In this document: one piece after another, positions 1-10,387 of the stretch | Layout of the letters: each line of letters begins with the position of its first letter | Position numbering within the stretch: position 1 is the stretch's first letter | Origin: Alphaproteobacteria bacterium | GTDB taxonomy: Bacteria; Pseudomonadota; Alphaproteobacteria; Bin95 | Direction: 5' to 3' | Length of the DNA stretch: 64,000 nt | Assembly: GCA_963665325.3 (NCBI GenBank) | Contig: OZ224045.1 | Coordinates: 64,001-128,000 of the forward strand | Translations under genes and position numbers: made by a program | The notes under the pieces: generated by a model | Databases searched by the model: none | The model's input: only the letters and a program-made list of their open reading frames with translations | Told to the model about the DNA's origin: nothing

Positions 1-1143
1 GTCCGATGGCTGCTGGGACGCGACATATTCCATGGCCACCAGGTTCATGCCGTCGCGCAGCGGGGTAATCAGCCCGACCTGCGCGGCGCGCAGCAGGCCG
101 AACAGCGTGCGCCGGGCGAAGCTCTTGTTGAGATACCGGATCGGCACCCAGTCGAAGTCTGCAAATTCGCCGTTGATGTGTCCCGCAAGCGTCTCCAGCG
201 TCCGCCTGATTTCCTCATATTCGGGAACGCCTGCGCGGGTGGGCGTTGCAATCTGCATCAGGCTCACCCGGTTCCTGTTGGCCGGATAGGCGCCCAGAAG
301 GTGGCCGAACGACACGAACCGCTCGGGAAGGCCCTTGGAATAGTCCAGCCGGTCCACGCCCACGATCAGCCGGCGCCCGCCAAGGCTGGTGCGCATGCGC
401 GCGCTGTAGCGGGCTGCCGCGGCGCCGGCGGCTGCGCGCTCGATATTGTCCGTATCGACCCCGATGGGATGCACTTCCGCCGATGCCGTCCGCCCGAGGG
501 CCCGGAAGACCGTATCGTCCGCCATCTCGCCGCCGGCCTCCTGGAGCGCGTAGTCGAGCAGGCCGCGGCGGTCGGCTTCGGTCTGGAAGCCGACAAGGTC
601 GTAAGCGAAGAAGGAGCGCATCAGCTCCCGGTGCTCCGGCAGCGCCAGCAACAACTGCAGCGGCGGCAGGGGCGTGTGCAGGAAGAAGCCGATGCGGTTG
701 GAGATTCCGGCGCGGCGGAGTTCCTCCGCCATCGGAATCAGGTGATAGTCGTGAACCCAGATGATGTCGTCCGGTTCGATGAGATCGATCAGCTTGCGGG
801 CGAAATAGGCGTTGACACGCCTGTAGCCGGCATAATTGCGGCGGCTGAAATTCGCGAGGTCCAGCCGGTAGTGGAACAGCGGCCAGAGCGTGCTGTTCGC
901 AAAGCCGTTGTAATATTCCTCGTGGTCCTGCGTCGATAAATCGAAGGTCGCGTAGGTCAACCTTCCGGACCGGACCTTGGTGACGACTTCGCCGGGGACG
1001 TCTGAGACTTCGCCGCTCCATCCGAACCAGATGCCGCCGGAGCGCTTGAGCGCCGCAAGGACAGCGACCGCGAGGCCCCCGGAGGTCGGCTTGGTCTCAT
1101 CGACCGGAGCCACCCGGTTGGAAACGACGACGAGCCGGCTCAT
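1..1143 (-). CDS. otsA: Trehalose-6-phosphate synthase (3' end runs off the window)
   Basis: Manual translation from the ATG at 1143 (absent from the ORF track): MSRLVVVSNRV..GGLAVAV..WFGWSG..YYNGFAN..LWPLFHY..WVHDYHL..GFFLHTP..GVDRLDYSKG..PLRDGMNLVA, all GT20/OtsA motifs; GGAG absent but CTCC complement context gives RBS-like sequence upstream. Confidence 0.95.
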   Translation of the reverse strand, partial: MSRLVVVSNRVAPVDETKPTSGGLAVAVLAALKRSGGIWFGWSGEVSDVPGEVVTKVRSGRLTYATFDLSTQDHEEYYNGFANSTLWPLFHYRLDLANFSRRNYAGYRRVNAYFARKLIDLIEPDDIIWVHDYHLIPMAEELRRAGISNRIGFFLHTPLPPLQLLLALPEHRELMRSFFAYDLVGFQTEADRRGLLDYALQEAGGEMADDTVFRALGRTASAEVHPIGVDTDNIERAAAGAAAARYSARMRTSLGGRRLIVGVDRLDYSKGLPERFVSFGHLLGAYPANRNRVSLMQIATPTRAGVPEYEEIRRTLETLAGHINGEFADFDWVPIRYLNKSFARRTLFGLLRAAQVGLITPLRDGMNLVAMEYVASQQPSD

Positions 1144-1156
1144 GGCGGAGGCCTTC

Positions 1157-2935
1157 TCAGAACGCTTCCTCCCAGGGCGTGGAAAGGCGCAGCGCGGACA
1201 CGATCAGGCCGACCATGCTGTATGTCTGCGGAATGTTGCCCCACAACTCGTTCGTTTCGGTATCCAGGTCTTCCGACAACAGCCCGGCCGGGTTCCGGCA
1301 TGCGAGCATGTTTTCGAAGAGGCGGCGCGCCTCGTCCCGGCGGCCGACCGCCGCCAGAGCATCGATATACCAGAATGTGCAGACATTGAATGCGTTGTGC
1401 GGCGTCCCGAAGTCGTCGGCTTCGACATAGCGGAACACATGGTCGCCCCGGAGCAGTTCGCGCTCGACGGCGGCAATTGTGCCGAGAAAGCGCGGATCGT
1501 CGGCCTCGCAGAAGGAGAGCTCGTGCATCAGCAGCAGGGCGGCATCCACCTCCGTACCGCCGAACGCGCTGACATAGGCCCGCTTCTCGTCGTTCCAGCC
1601 ATCCTGCTCGATACGGGCCCGGATCGTACGGGCGTGCCCGTTCCAGACGGAAGCGCGGTCGGGATGCTCAAGCTGCATGGCGATGCGCGCCAGCCGGTCG
1701 CAGGCCGCCCAGCACATCAGCGCCGAGAAGGTGTGGGGACGCTGGCGCCCGCGCAGTTCCCAGAGGCCGGCATCGGGCTGGTCGAACATGCGCGCCGCCG
1801 TCTCGCCGACGCGCTCCAGGGTCTCGAACAGCCGGTCGTCGCCCTCTAGGTCGATGCGCTGGTCGAAGAACGCCTGTGCGCAGGCGAGCACGACGGCGCC
1901 ATAGACGTCGTGCTGGGTCTGCACATAGGCGAGATTCCCGACGCGCACGGGCTGGTGGCCGCGATAACCGCGCAGACTATCGACCGCCGACTCGGAAAGC
2001 GTCGTTTCCATCTGCACGCCGAACACGGGCTGCAGGCGACCGTCCGGACTTGAAGCGACGATATTGAGAATGTAGCGGAGGAACTCTTCCATGGTGCGCG
2101 TGGCGCCGAGGCGGTTGAGCGCGCGTATGGTGAAATAGGCGTCGCGCAGCCAGCAGAAACGGTAATCCCAATTGCGCTCCGTGCCCGCCGCCTCCGGCAC
2201 CGAGGTGGTGACGGCTGCCACGATCGCCCCGCTGTCCTCGACCGAGCAGAGTTTGAGCGTGATGGCGGCGCGGATCACGGCCTCCTGCCACTCGAAGGGC
2301 ACGGCTAAATAGCGCACCCACTCGCGCCAGTATTCGTCCGTCTGTTCCTCGAAATCGCGGGAAATCTCGCGCACGGGCCTCGTGAGCCCCTCGTCCTGCG
2401 CCAGGATGAGGTCGACCGGCTGGTCGAGGAGGAACGGTGTTTCGTCGAGCACGAAGGAGACCGGCACATCCGTCGTCAGCCGCAGGACATGGTCGGGCAG
2501 AATGTAGCGGATGTGGTTACTGCCGCGCGTAATGGTGGGTTTCTCGGCGCCGTAATTGCCGGCCGGCCGCAGGCGTATGCGGATACGCGGGGCGCCGCCC
2601 AGGCGGCGGATGCGGCGCACCAGCGTCAACGGGCGGAAAATCCGTCCGAACTGCTTGAACCGGGGTGCGAAATCCAGAATCTCGATAGCGGCCCCGTTCT
2701 CCGCGAACAGGCAGGTTTCGACGATCGCCGAGTTGGGCCGATAGGTCTGTTCGCTCCGCAGGAAGCCTTCGATCTCGATATCGTAGAACCCGATTTCGGT
2801 CTCGGGTTCCAGCAGGTCGCAGAACACGGGATTGCCGTCGAAGCGCGGCATGCAGGCCCAGACGATGCGCCCGGTCGGGTCGATCAGCGAGGCGTAGCTG
2901 CTGTTGCCGATCATGCTGAGTTCGAGCGAATGCAT
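1157..2935 (-). CDS. Glycoside hydrolase family 15 (putative trehalase)
   Basis: Motifs IVAAVTTSVPE, RNWDYRFCWLRDA, DAGLWELRG, GLLSED, WGNIPQTYS. Start taken at MHSLEL (2935), 1 bp after the otsB stop. Confidence 0.92.
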   Translation of the reverse strand: MHSLELSMIGNSSYASLIDPTGRIVWACMPRFDGNPVFCDLLEPETEIGFYDIEIEGFLRSEQTYRPNSAIVETCLFAENGAAIEILDFAPRFKQFGRIFRPLTLVRRIRRLGGAPRIRIRLRPAGNYGAEKPTITRGSNHIRYILPDHVLRLTTDVPVSFVLDETPFLLDQPVDLILAQDEGLTRPVREISRDFEEQTDEYWREWVRYLAVPFEWQEAVIRAAITLKLCSVEDSGAIVAAVTTSVPEAAGTERNWDYRFCWLRDAYFTIRALNRLGATRTMEEFLRYILNIVASSPDGRLQPVFGVQMETTLSESAVDSLRGYRGHQPVRVGNLAYVQTQHDVYGAVVLACAQAFFDQRIDLEGDDRLFETLERVGETAARMFDQPDAGLWELRGRQRPHTFSALMCWAACDRLARIAMQLEHPDRASVWNGHARTIRARIEQDGWNDEKRAYVSAFGGTEVDAALLLMHELSFCEADDPRFLGTIAAVERELLRGDHVFRYVEADDFGTPHNAFNVCTFWYIDALAAVGRRDEARRLFENMLACRNPAGLLSEDLDTETNELWGNIPQTYSMVGLIVSALRLSTPWEEAF

Positions 2936-2936
2936 C

Positions 2937-3662
2937 TCATCCCTCCATAGCGGCCAGCCAGGCATGGACCGCGGCAACGTCTGCAAGGTTCCACTCGGCG
3001 GCGGTCGTGTCACCCCCGCCTACGCGGACGGTCACCCCGCCTCGTGCCCGCACCGTCCGGAACGCAGCCTCGTCAGTTATATCATCGCCGGCAAATACCG
3101 GACGCCGGCCGGCGAACGGTGGTTCCGACATGAAGGCCGCGACCGCCATGCCCTTGTCTGCGCCGTCGGGGCGGAGTTCGATGACCGCCTTGCCATGCTG
3201 GATGACGATTCCGTCGCGCCCGAGTCCAAGCGCGGTTTCCACGGCTGCTGCGGCGGCCGCGCCCAACTCGGGCCGGGCGCGGTAGTGCAGGGCGAGTGCC
3301 GCGCCCTTGTCTTCGAGCAGGATACCCGGATGGTCGGCCGCAAAGGCTTGGAGCGTTGCCCGAAGCTCGTCGTAGCGGGGCAGGGTGGGGGGAGAGCCAT
3401 GCGTTCCGTTCGCAGATCGCCGTTCGAGTCCGTGCAAGCCCGCAGCAGGCAGGATTAGCGGCGCCAGGATGCGGTCGATTTCGGCGATGGACCGGCCGCT
3501 GATAACGGCCATCGCCGCCCCGACGCGCTGCGACACAGTTTCGAGCAATGCCGGTAGATGGCGCGCGGCCCGAGCGGCATCCGGCACAGGCGCAATTTCG
3601 ACGAGCGTGCCGTCGAGGTCGAGAAAGAGCGCGTCGCCCGCAGTGACGCGGGGCGGCGTCAT
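2937..3662 (-). CDS. otsB: Trehalose-6-phosphate phosphatase (HAD IIB)
   Basis: LFLDLDGTLVEIAP, ISGR, AGLHGLE, LEDKG..LALHYR, DKG, FAGDDITDEAAF. Start at 3662 overlaps the upstream stop (ATGA). Confidence 0.93.
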   Translation of the reverse strand: MTPPRVTAGDALFLDLDGTLVEIAPVPDAARAARHLPALLETVSQRVGAAMAVISGRSIAEIDRILAPLILPAAGLHGLERRSANGTHGSPPTLPRYDELRATLQAFAADHPGILLEDKGAALALHYRARPELGAAAAAAVETALGLGRDGIVIQHGKAVIELRPDGADKGMAVAAFMSEPPFAGRRPVFAGDDITDEAAFRTVRARGGVTVRVGGGDTTAAEWNLADVAAVHAWLAAMEG

Positions 3663-4570
3663 GCGCGAGAGAGCTGCAGGGCGCCCGCTAGGCATTCGAA
3701 CAGGGCCGTGAGGTCGCGGGCGAGATGGACGAAATCGGCCCTGGGCTCGAGCGTGGCCTCGTCCATGTAGAGAGCCCGGTTGATTTCCACTTGAAGCGCG
3801 TGGCGGCCCTTGTCGGGCCGGCCGTAGCGTTTTGTGGTGTATCCCCCGGAATACGGATCGTTGCGCACCACGCTGTAGCCCCGGTCGGAAAGATGGGCGT
3901 CCGCGGCAGCGGCAATGCCGTGTGAGCACGCAGTGCCGTGACAGTCGCCGAGCACGATGTCCGCGCCCCTGGAGCCTTCGGGCCAGCGCCCGCCCCAGCT
4001 TGCCGACGGCATCGAGTGCAGGTCCACCAGCAGCGCCTGCCCGAACCGCCGGCGCGTTTCTTCGACCAGCGCCGCCAATTGCGCATGATAAGGCGCGTGC
4101 AGGCTTTCGACCCGCTGTTGAGCCTCGCGGAAGGTGAGCTTGGCGCGGTAGATTTCCAGGCCGTTGCCCGCCACGCGCGGAATCGTGCCGAGCCCGGCGG
4201 CGATGCGCGGCGTTCTGGTCTTTACATAGCGGGGCAGCGGCTCCGCGAACATTGCCGGGTCGAGTTCCCAGGGCTCGCGATTGACGTCCAGGAATACCCG
4301 GGGAAAAAGCGCGCGAAGCAGCGGTGCCCCGATCTCGACTGCGCCGGATCCGAGCCGGTCCACATGGCAATCTTCCATGCGTCGCAGCAGGGCCAGATCT
4401 AGCGGGGACGCATCCAGGAAGGCCCGCGGATAGACCGCGCCGCTGTGGGGGCTCGCAACGACGACAGGGAGCAATTGCTCTACCGGCCGCTGCACCTCAT
4501 GCGTTGCGCTGTTGGTGGCCGCCGCCGGTGGAGCCCGGATCGCGGCAGGCGAGAGCGTCTCGCCGTCCAT
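3659..4570 (-). CDS. N-formylglutamate amidohydrolase family protein
   Basis: VASPHSG, RRMED, DVNRE, GLGTIPR, HAPYH, DLHSMPS, DIVLGDCHG, RNDPYSGG, HALQVEINRALYMDE. Confidence 0.88.
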   Translation of the reverse strand: MDGETLSPAAIRAPPAAATNSATHEVQRPVEQLLPVVVASPHSGAVYPRAFLDASPLDLALLRRMEDCHVDRLGSGAVEIGAPLLRALFPRVFLDVNREPWELDPAMFAEPLPRYVKTRTPRIAAGLGTIPRVAGNGLEIYRAKLTFREAQQRVESLHAPYHAQLAALVEETRRRFGQALLVDLHSMPSASWGGRWPEGSRGADIVLGDCHGTACSHGIAAAADAHLSDRGYSVVRNDPYSGGYTTKRYGRPDKGRHALQVEINRALYMDEATLEPRADFVHLARDLTALFECLAGALQLSRA

Positions 4571-4585
4571 CGGCCGGCGCGGCGA

Positions 4586-4807
4586 TCAGATACCGAAGTT
4601 CTTGAAGCGCTTGTTGAAGCGCGCGACCTGGCCGCCTGTATCGACAAGGCGTTGATTGCCTCCGATCCAGGCCGGGTGGGACAACGGGTCGATATCGAGC
4701 CGCAGCGTGTCGCCTTCCTTGCCCCAGGTGGAGCGCGTCTTGAATTCGGTCCCGTCGGTCATCACGACATTGATTTCGTGATAGTCGGGATGGGTGTCGG
4801 CTTTCAT
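4586..4807 (-). CDS. rpmE: 50S ribosomal protein L31
   Basis: [41 protein letters not shown] is typical alphaproteobacterial L31. Confidence 0.97.
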   Translation of the reverse strand: MKADTHPDYHEINVVMTDGTEFKTRSTWGKEGDTLRLDIDPLSHPAWIGGNQRLVDTGGQVARFNKRFKNFGI

Positions 4808-4939
4808 CGGGGCGGCACTCCCAAGAGGGCAAGGCGGGCTGTATAGCGAAGGCCGGCGCGGTGCTCAAGCTGCGTCATACTATGCGCAAGGCGGCGGGGC
4901 GGCTATTACCCGTTTCGGCGCAAGGACCGAAAAGAGGCG

Positions 4940-6787
4940 ATGCGACGACCCAGCCCGGCCATATCTGCCCGAGAGGCCTCGCGCAACCTGCGCCCCCTTC
5001 GCACGTTGGCGCGCTATCTCGTGCCGCACTGGCGGCAGGCCGCCGGCGCCGGCGTCGCGCTCATAGTCGCGGCGGGCACGGTTCTCGGCATCGGCCTGGG
5101 TCTGCGTCACCTCGTCGATAACGGCATTGCCGGCAACGATCCCGCCGTGCTGGACGCTGCCCTCATTATTCTGCTCGGTGTCGTCGTGGTGCTCGCGGCG
5201 GCGACCTTTTTCCGCTCCTATCTGGTCGCGTGGGTCGGGGAGCGGGTGGTGGCGGACCTGCGCCGCGACGTGTTCGCTCATATCCTGAAGCTCAGCCCGA
5301 GTTTCTTCGAGGTTACCAAGACGGGCGAAATCCTTTCGAGGCTGACGACGGATACCACGCTGATCCAGACCGTCGTCGGTTCGACGGTGTCGATGGCGCT
5401 CAGGAACGTGCTGCTGTTCATCGGCGCTGCGGCCATGCTGCTCGTCACGAGCCCGCGGCTCACCGGGCTGGTGGTACTGGTCATCCCGCTGGTGCTGCTG
5501 CCGATCCTGGTGCTGGGCCGGCGGCTGCGCCGCCTCTCCCGGGCTTCGCAGGATCGGGTGGCGGATGTGGGCGCACATGTCGAGGAATCGATCTCCGCCG
5601 TCCGCACCGTGCAGGCATTCGGCCATGAAGGCATGGATATCGTCGATTTCTCCATGCGGGTGGAAGAGGCGTTCCGCACCGCCATCCGGCGGACCCGCGT
5701 GCGCTCGGCGCTCGCCGTCATCGTGATCGTGCTGGCGCTCGGGGCGGTCTGTACGATCCTCTGGCTCGGCGGCCGGGACGTGATGTCGGGCGCCATGTCG
5801 GCGGGCGACCTCTCGGCCTTTGTCTTTTACGCGGTCGTGGCGTCGGCGGCGCTAGGCGCGCTCAGCGAGGTCGTGGGCGATCTCCAGCGCGCGGCCGGGG
5901 CGACGGAACGGCTGATGGACCTGCTGGCCGCGCAACCCGAGATCGCCGCGCCTGCCAATCCGGCCGTGCTGCCGGAACCCGCGAGGGGTGCGGTAGCCTT
6001 CGAAGGGACGACTTTCGCCTATCCCTCCGCGCCGGACAGGCCGGTTCTCGGAGCGTTCGACCTCGACATTGCGCCGGGCGAAACGGTGGCCGTGGTCGGG
6101 CCGTCGGGAGCCGGAAAGTCCACGCTCTTCAACCTGCTGCTGCGCTTCTACGACCCGGTGGGCGGGCGGATAACGCTCGACGGCGTGGATATCTGCCGCG
6201 CCGCCCCGGCGGCGGTGCGGGCGCAGTTCGGACTTGTGCCCCAGGAACCGGTCGTGTTCTCGACCACGGCGCGGGAGAACATCGCCTACGGCCGGCCCGA
6301 CGCCAGCAATGCGGAGATCGTCGAGGCGGCCAGGGCGGCGGCGGCAGACGATTTCCTCCGCGCGCTCCCGGAGGGCTATGACAGCTATCTTGGCGAACGC
6401 GGCGTGCGCCTCTCCGCCGGCCAGCGCCAGCGCCTCGCCATCGCCCGCGCCATATTGAGAGATCCGGCGGTATTGCTGCTCGACGAAGCGACGAGCGCAC
6501 TCGACTCCGAAAACGAACGGCTGATCCAGGACGCGCTGGGCCGCCTTTCGAGCGGCCGGACCACCATCGTTATCGCCCACCGCCTGGCGACGGTGATGAA
6601 CGCGGAGCGCATCGTCGTGCTGGACCGGGGCAGGGCCGTCGCAACCGGAACGCACGACCAGTTACTCGCGGCGGGCGGCCTCTATGCGCGCCTGGCCGAA
6701 TTGCAATTCACGGCAGGCGGCAATGGCGTGGCCCCGATCGCCGAGGCCGACATCGGGCCCCGGGTCTCCGCCGCCTCCCACGGCTGA
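4940..6787 (+). CDS. ABC exporter, fused permease/ATPase (MsbA-like)
   Basis: N-terminal hydrophobic TMD, Walker A GPSGAGKST, Q-loop VPQE, signature LSAGQRQR, Walker B LLLDEATSALD, IAHRL. Confidence 0.93.
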   Translation: MRRPSPAISAREASRNLRPLRTLARYLVPHWRQAAGAGVALIVAAGTVLGIGLGLRHLVDNGIAGNDPAVLDAALIILLGVVVVLAAATFFRSYLVAWVGERVVADLRRDVFAHILKLSPSFFEVTKTGEILSRLTTDTTLIQTVVGSTVSMALRNVLLFIGAAAMLLVTSPRLTGLVVLVIPLVLLPILVLGRRLRRLSRASQDRVADVGAHVEESISAVRTVQAFGHEGMDIVDFSMRVEEAFRTAIRRTRVRSALAVIVIVLALGAVCTILWLGGRDVMSGAMSAGDLSAFVFYAVVASAALGALSEVVGDLQRAAGATERLMDLLAAQPEIAAPANPAVLPEPARGAVAFEGTTFAYPSAPDRPVLGAFDLDIAPGETVAVVGPSGAGKSTLFNLLLRFYDPVGGRITLDGVDICRAAPAAVRAQFGLVPQEPVVFSTTARENIAYGRPDASNAEIVEAARAAAADDFLRALPEGYDSYLGERGVRLSAGQRQRLAIARAILRDPAVLLLDEATSALDSENERLIQDALGRLSSGRTTIVIAHRLATVMNAERIVVLDRGRAVATGTHDQLLAAGGLYARLAELQFTAGGNGVAPIAEADIGPRVSAASHG

Positions 6788-6905
6788 GGCCGTCCTCTTC
6801 CCACGCGTCGCCCCGGCCACCGGGCCGGGGCCTCTTGCCGTCAAGCCTCGGCCGCACGAGGCCCCGGATCGCCGCTGGCGCACCGTCCGGGGCGACGATT
6901 CGAAT

Positions 6906-8243
6906 CTAGTCCGTCCGCCGGACCGCGTCGGCTACGATCCCGAAGATCTCCTCGATCTGGCCGTCCTCGATAATGAAGGGCGGCGAGAAAGCGAGGGTGT
7001 CGCCGGCCTGGCGGCAATAGACGCCCGACTGCCAACAGTCGAGAAAGACATCGTAGCCGCGCCGGCCGGGCTCGCCGTCGCGCGGGGCGAACTCGACCGC
7101 GCCCATCATGCCGATATTGCGCACGTCGATGACGTTCGGCAGCCCTTTCAGGCTGTGAACGGCGTCTTCGAAAACCGGCGAAAGCGAGGCCGAACGCTCG
7201 AAAAGCTGCTCGTCCCGGTAGAGGTCGAGGGTTGCAAGGCCGGCCGCCACTGCCAGTGGGTGGGCGGAATAGGTGTAGCCGTGGGTGAGCTCGACCATCC
7301 ACTCCGGACCGGTCATGAAGGTGTCGTAGATCTCCTTCTTCATGACGACGGCAGAAGCCGGCACAGTGCCGTTGGTGAGGCCCTTGGCGAGCGTCATCAT
7401 GTCGGGCGTGACGCCAAAGCGCTCCGACGCGAACGCTGCGCCCACACGCCCGAAGCCGGTTATCACCTCGTCGAAGATCAGCAGGATGCCGTGCCGGTCG
7501 CAGATTTCGCGCAGCCGCTTCAGATAGCCTTTCGGCGGCGGATAGACGCCGATGGAGCCGGCGACCGGCTCGACGATGACGGCTGCAATGGTGGAGGCGT
7601 CGTGCAGGTCGACTATACGCTCGAGCTGATCGGCAAGATGGATGCCGTGCTCGGGTTCGCCCCGGCTGAAGGCGTTGCCGGCGAGGTCCAGCGTATGCGG
7701 CAGATGGTCCACGCCCGGCAGCAGCATGCCGAACGCCTTGCGGTTGTTCTTGATGCCGCCGACGGAGGTGCCGCCGAAGCCGACGCCGTGATAGCCGCGC
7801 TCGCGCCCGACGAGGCGGGTGCGCTGGCCTTCGCCGCGCGCGCGGTGCCAGGCGATGGCGATCTTGAGTGCGGTGTCCACCGCTTCGGAGCCGGAATTGG
7901 CGAAGAACACCGAATCCATGTCGGGCGGCGCGATCTGCATGATACGCGAGGCCAGCTCGAATGCCGCGGGATGCCCCATCTGGAAGGTGGGCGCGAAATC
8001 CATCGTCTCGACCTGCCGCTGCACGGCTTCCACGATGGGTTTGCGGCAATGGCCGGCATTCACGCACCAGAGCCCGGCGGAGGCGTCGAAGATACGTCTT
8101 CCGTCACGAGCGATGTAATGCACGCCTTCGGCGCCGACGATCAGGCGCGGGTCCGCCTTGAAGCTCCGGTTCGCCGTGAACGGCATGAAGAACGGTTCGA
8201 GATTGTTGGTGTCTGCGTGGGCGAGCGAAGCGGCGGTCGGCAT
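6906..8243 (-). CDS. Class III PLP aminotransferase (omega-amino acid/beta-alanine:pyruvate type)
   Basis: FMPFTANR, DASAGLWCVNAGH, NSGSEAVDTALK, GYHG, EPVAGS, LIFDEVITGFGR, LAKGLT, HGYTYSAHP. Confidence 0.92.
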   Translation of the reverse strand: MPTAASLAHADTNNLEPFFMPFTANRSFKADPRLIVGAEGVHYIARDGRRIFDASAGLWCVNAGHCRKPIVEAVQRQVETMDFAPTFQMGHPAAFELASRIMQIAPPDMDSVFFANSGSEAVDTALKIAIAWHRARGEGQRTRLVGRERGYHGVGFGGTSVGGIKNNRKAFGMLLPGVDHLPHTLDLAGNAFSRGEPEHGIHLADQLERIVDLHDASTIAAVIVEPVAGSIGVYPPPKGYLKRLREICDRHGILLIFDEVITGFGRVGAAFASERFGVTPDMMTLAKGLTNGTVPASAVVMKKEIYDTFMTGPEWMVELTHGYTYSAHPLAVAAGLATLDLYRDEQLFERSASLSPVFEDAVHSLKGLPNVIDVRNIGMMGAVEFAPRDGEPGRRGYDVFLDCWQSGVYCRQAGDTLAFSPPFIIEDGQIEEIFGIVADAVRRTD

Positions 8244-8312
8244 GGGCTGACGAAGCTCCCTGGATCGTTTCGCCGCGCACCATAGCAGACCGCCTTTGCT
8301 CGAGGCACCGGC

Positions 8313-9797
8313 TCACGCCGGCGCGAAAGTCCCGTGGAGGCCGAGGGGTAGGGGGTAGGGGAGAATGCCCTCCCAGACCGGCCCGTCGGCGAGGCGCTGC
8401 GCCTCGAAGACGGCAAGGCCGGATACGCGCCGCCTCAGGTCCAGGAACGGGCCGAGCAACCAGCCTTCGCCTTCTCCGTTACCACGGGGCACGAAGACAT
8501 GCTCCTCCGGTATCCGATGCCGGGGCCAACTCCAGCCGTCCGCCTCGCCAGGCGCGAGCCGGACGACACGCCGAAGCGGCCAGCCGATGGGCTCGTCCAC
8601 GCCCGCCAGTGCAAAGACCGTGTCGTGGCGCCGGCCGAGGCGGCGCGGGTCGATGCGCGGGAAGTCGGCGGCGGCCGTCTCGCTGTGCTCGTACTCGGCG
8701 CTTCCGTCCGGACGGAGAACGACCTGCCGATAGACCGGGTGTTGCGAGTGGAATCGGGTCTCGCCCCGCATGACATCGTGGAACTCGCGGGTAACGAAGG
8801 ACGGGTTCGGCGCCTGGCAGAGATCGAGCCGGATCGTGCCGTCCGCCTCCTCCCAGCCGTTGCCGTGATGGAAGTGGAAACCCGGCGGGAGTTCGTGGCG
8901 GCGCTCGACCTCCAGGCTGTCCTTGTTCACGACCAACACGCGCACGCCCAGTTCCGGTCGCCAGGCATGGGCGTCGAGAATGGGCGTGTGGCCGGAGGCG
9001 AACTTCTCCAGGTCCAGCACGAAGGGCGTGAGCAGCACGATCAGCCGCCGTTCCGTCACGACAAAGTCGTGCGTCAGGCCGAGCGGCTCCATCGGCAGGA
9101 CATTCACCTTCGCGAGCCGCCCACCGGGGTTGATACGGTAGAAAATCAGCATCGGGCGCGGCACCGGCAGGTAGCCGATGTTCCACATCGTGCCGTCGGC
9201 CTCGACCTTGGGATGGGCGGAAAACGGCGCGCCGGCGATGTCCTTGCGCCATTCGACGAAGCCGCCCGCATCCAGCGTCTCCGGATCGAACGCCAGCGCC
9301 GACCCTCCTTCCCATAGCGCCATGTGGCGTCCGGCATGGACGACCATGGAGGTGTTCGCGGCATTCATGTCGTCGGGGCGCCGGGTCTCCGCCGGATCGG
9401 GCGGCATCGAGCCGAAGGCCGGCATCATGCGCCGCCCGGCTTGGGTCTCGCGGCGGCGCTTGGGCGTATCCAGGATGCGTGCCCGGTGCGTCACGCCGGC
9501 GCCGTCGAAACGGAACGCCTGCATCATGCCATCGCCGTCGAACCAGTGGCCGTAACGGTGGCCGAAGCGGTCGTGTTCCGCCGGACCGTTACGCCAGAGC
9601 GTGCCTGCAAGTTCGGGAGGGAGCCTGCCACTGAGGGTCTTCAGCGGCGCGGAGAACCGCTCCGCCTGCGCCGTGGCGAAGGCAAGCGCCTCGTCTTCGT
9701 CGGAAGCGCTGGATGCCCCTGCCGCCCTTGCGGCGAGCAGGAGAGACAGGGTCCCGGCGGTGCGCAGGGCATCTCTGCGGGAAAATTGCGGTTTCAT
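8313..9797 (-). CDS. Carotenoid oxygenase (RPE65/lignostilbene dioxygenase) family protein with Tat signal
   Basis: LWRNGP, HWFDGDGM, ANTS and four Fe-ligand His motifs (FSAHPK, THDF, FHHGN, LHGTF). N-terminus has SRRDALR followed by a hydrophobic segment. Confidence 0.88.
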   Translation of the reverse strand: MKPQFSRRDALRTAGTLSLLLAARAAGASSASDEDEALAFATAQAERFSAPLKTLSGRLPPELAGTLWRNGPAEHDRFGHRYGHWFDGDGMMQAFRFDGAGVTHRARILDTPKRRRETQAGRRMMPAFGSMPPDPAETRRPDDMNAANTSMVVHAGRHMALWEGGSALAFDPETLDAGGFVEWRKDIAGAPFSAHPKVEADGTMWNIGYLPVPRPMLIFYRINPGGRLAKVNVLPMEPLGLTHDFVVTERRLIVLLTPFVLDLEKFASGHTPILDAHAWRPELGVRVLVVNKDSLEVERRHELPPGFHFHHGNGWEEADGTIRLDLCQAPNPSFVTREFHDVMRGETRFHSQHPVYRQVVLRPDGSAEYEHSETAAADFPRIDPRRLGRRHDTVFALAGVDEPIGWPLRRVVRLAPGEADGWSWPRHRIPEEHVFVPRGNGEGEGWLLGPFLDLRRRVSGLAVFEAQRLADGPVWEGILPYPLPLGLHGTFAPA

Positions 9798-9801
9798 GAC
9801 C

Positions 9802-10263
9802 TCAGGACCCCGGATAGCCGAGCTTGACCGTGACGGCAGCGCGATCCTTGCCGGCCGTTATCGTGAAGGCCGCGGCATCGAAGCCGGGGGGGCCGAACAT
9901 GCCGCGCGCATCGTTGGAGAAGCCGTAGCCTTCGGTCGGCATTCCCAGCAGGTTGGTGTTGAGGTCGCCGTCGCGGTCCTCGTCGTGGAAGGCGGCTATC
10001 GCGTAGTCGCCCGGCGGCAGGCCGGCGAACACCAGATCGCCGGTCTCGCCGGCCGGACGCATCGCCGCCTTCACGGCTCCCGCGGAATCGGGGAAGTCCA
10101 CGCCGGCGGCCCGGCGGTGGACGGCGACGCGGATATCGCCGTCCGCCGACCGCAGGCCTTCGATGCGGACCACGAGGTCGGCAGCGGAAGCGAAGGCCGG
10201 GGCAATCAGCGCGGCGGCAGCGAGGCCGAGCGTTGCAAGCCTCTTCGCGGGGGAAGCGTTCAT
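9802..10263 (-). CDS. DUF2141 family exported protein
   Basis: Sec-type signal (AFASA), LPPGDYAIAAFHDEDRDGDL..GMPTEGYGFSN..FGPPGF. Confidence 0.88.
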   Translation of the reverse strand: MNASPAKRLATLGLAAAALIAPAFASAADLVVRIEGLRSADGDIRVAVHRRAAGVDFPDSAGAVKAAMRPAGETGDLVFAGLPPGDYAIAAFHDEDRDGDLNTNLLGMPTEGYGFSNDARGMFGPPGFDAAAFTITAGKDRAAVTVKLGYPGS

Positions 10264-10387
10264 CGTTCTGTTCTCCGTCAGCGGTTTGCAGGCGGCGGGT
10301 GCGCCGCGCCGCAGATGTTGACGGCACGGCCACCGGAGTCATGCTTCGATGCGGGAACGGCAACGGATATTTCGCGGTTTGCAGGGA

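Noticed and set aside
4586-4807. Cysteine-free L31 as a zinc-starvation paralogue
   Set aside because: Cys-free L31 is the normal form in Alphaproteobacteria.
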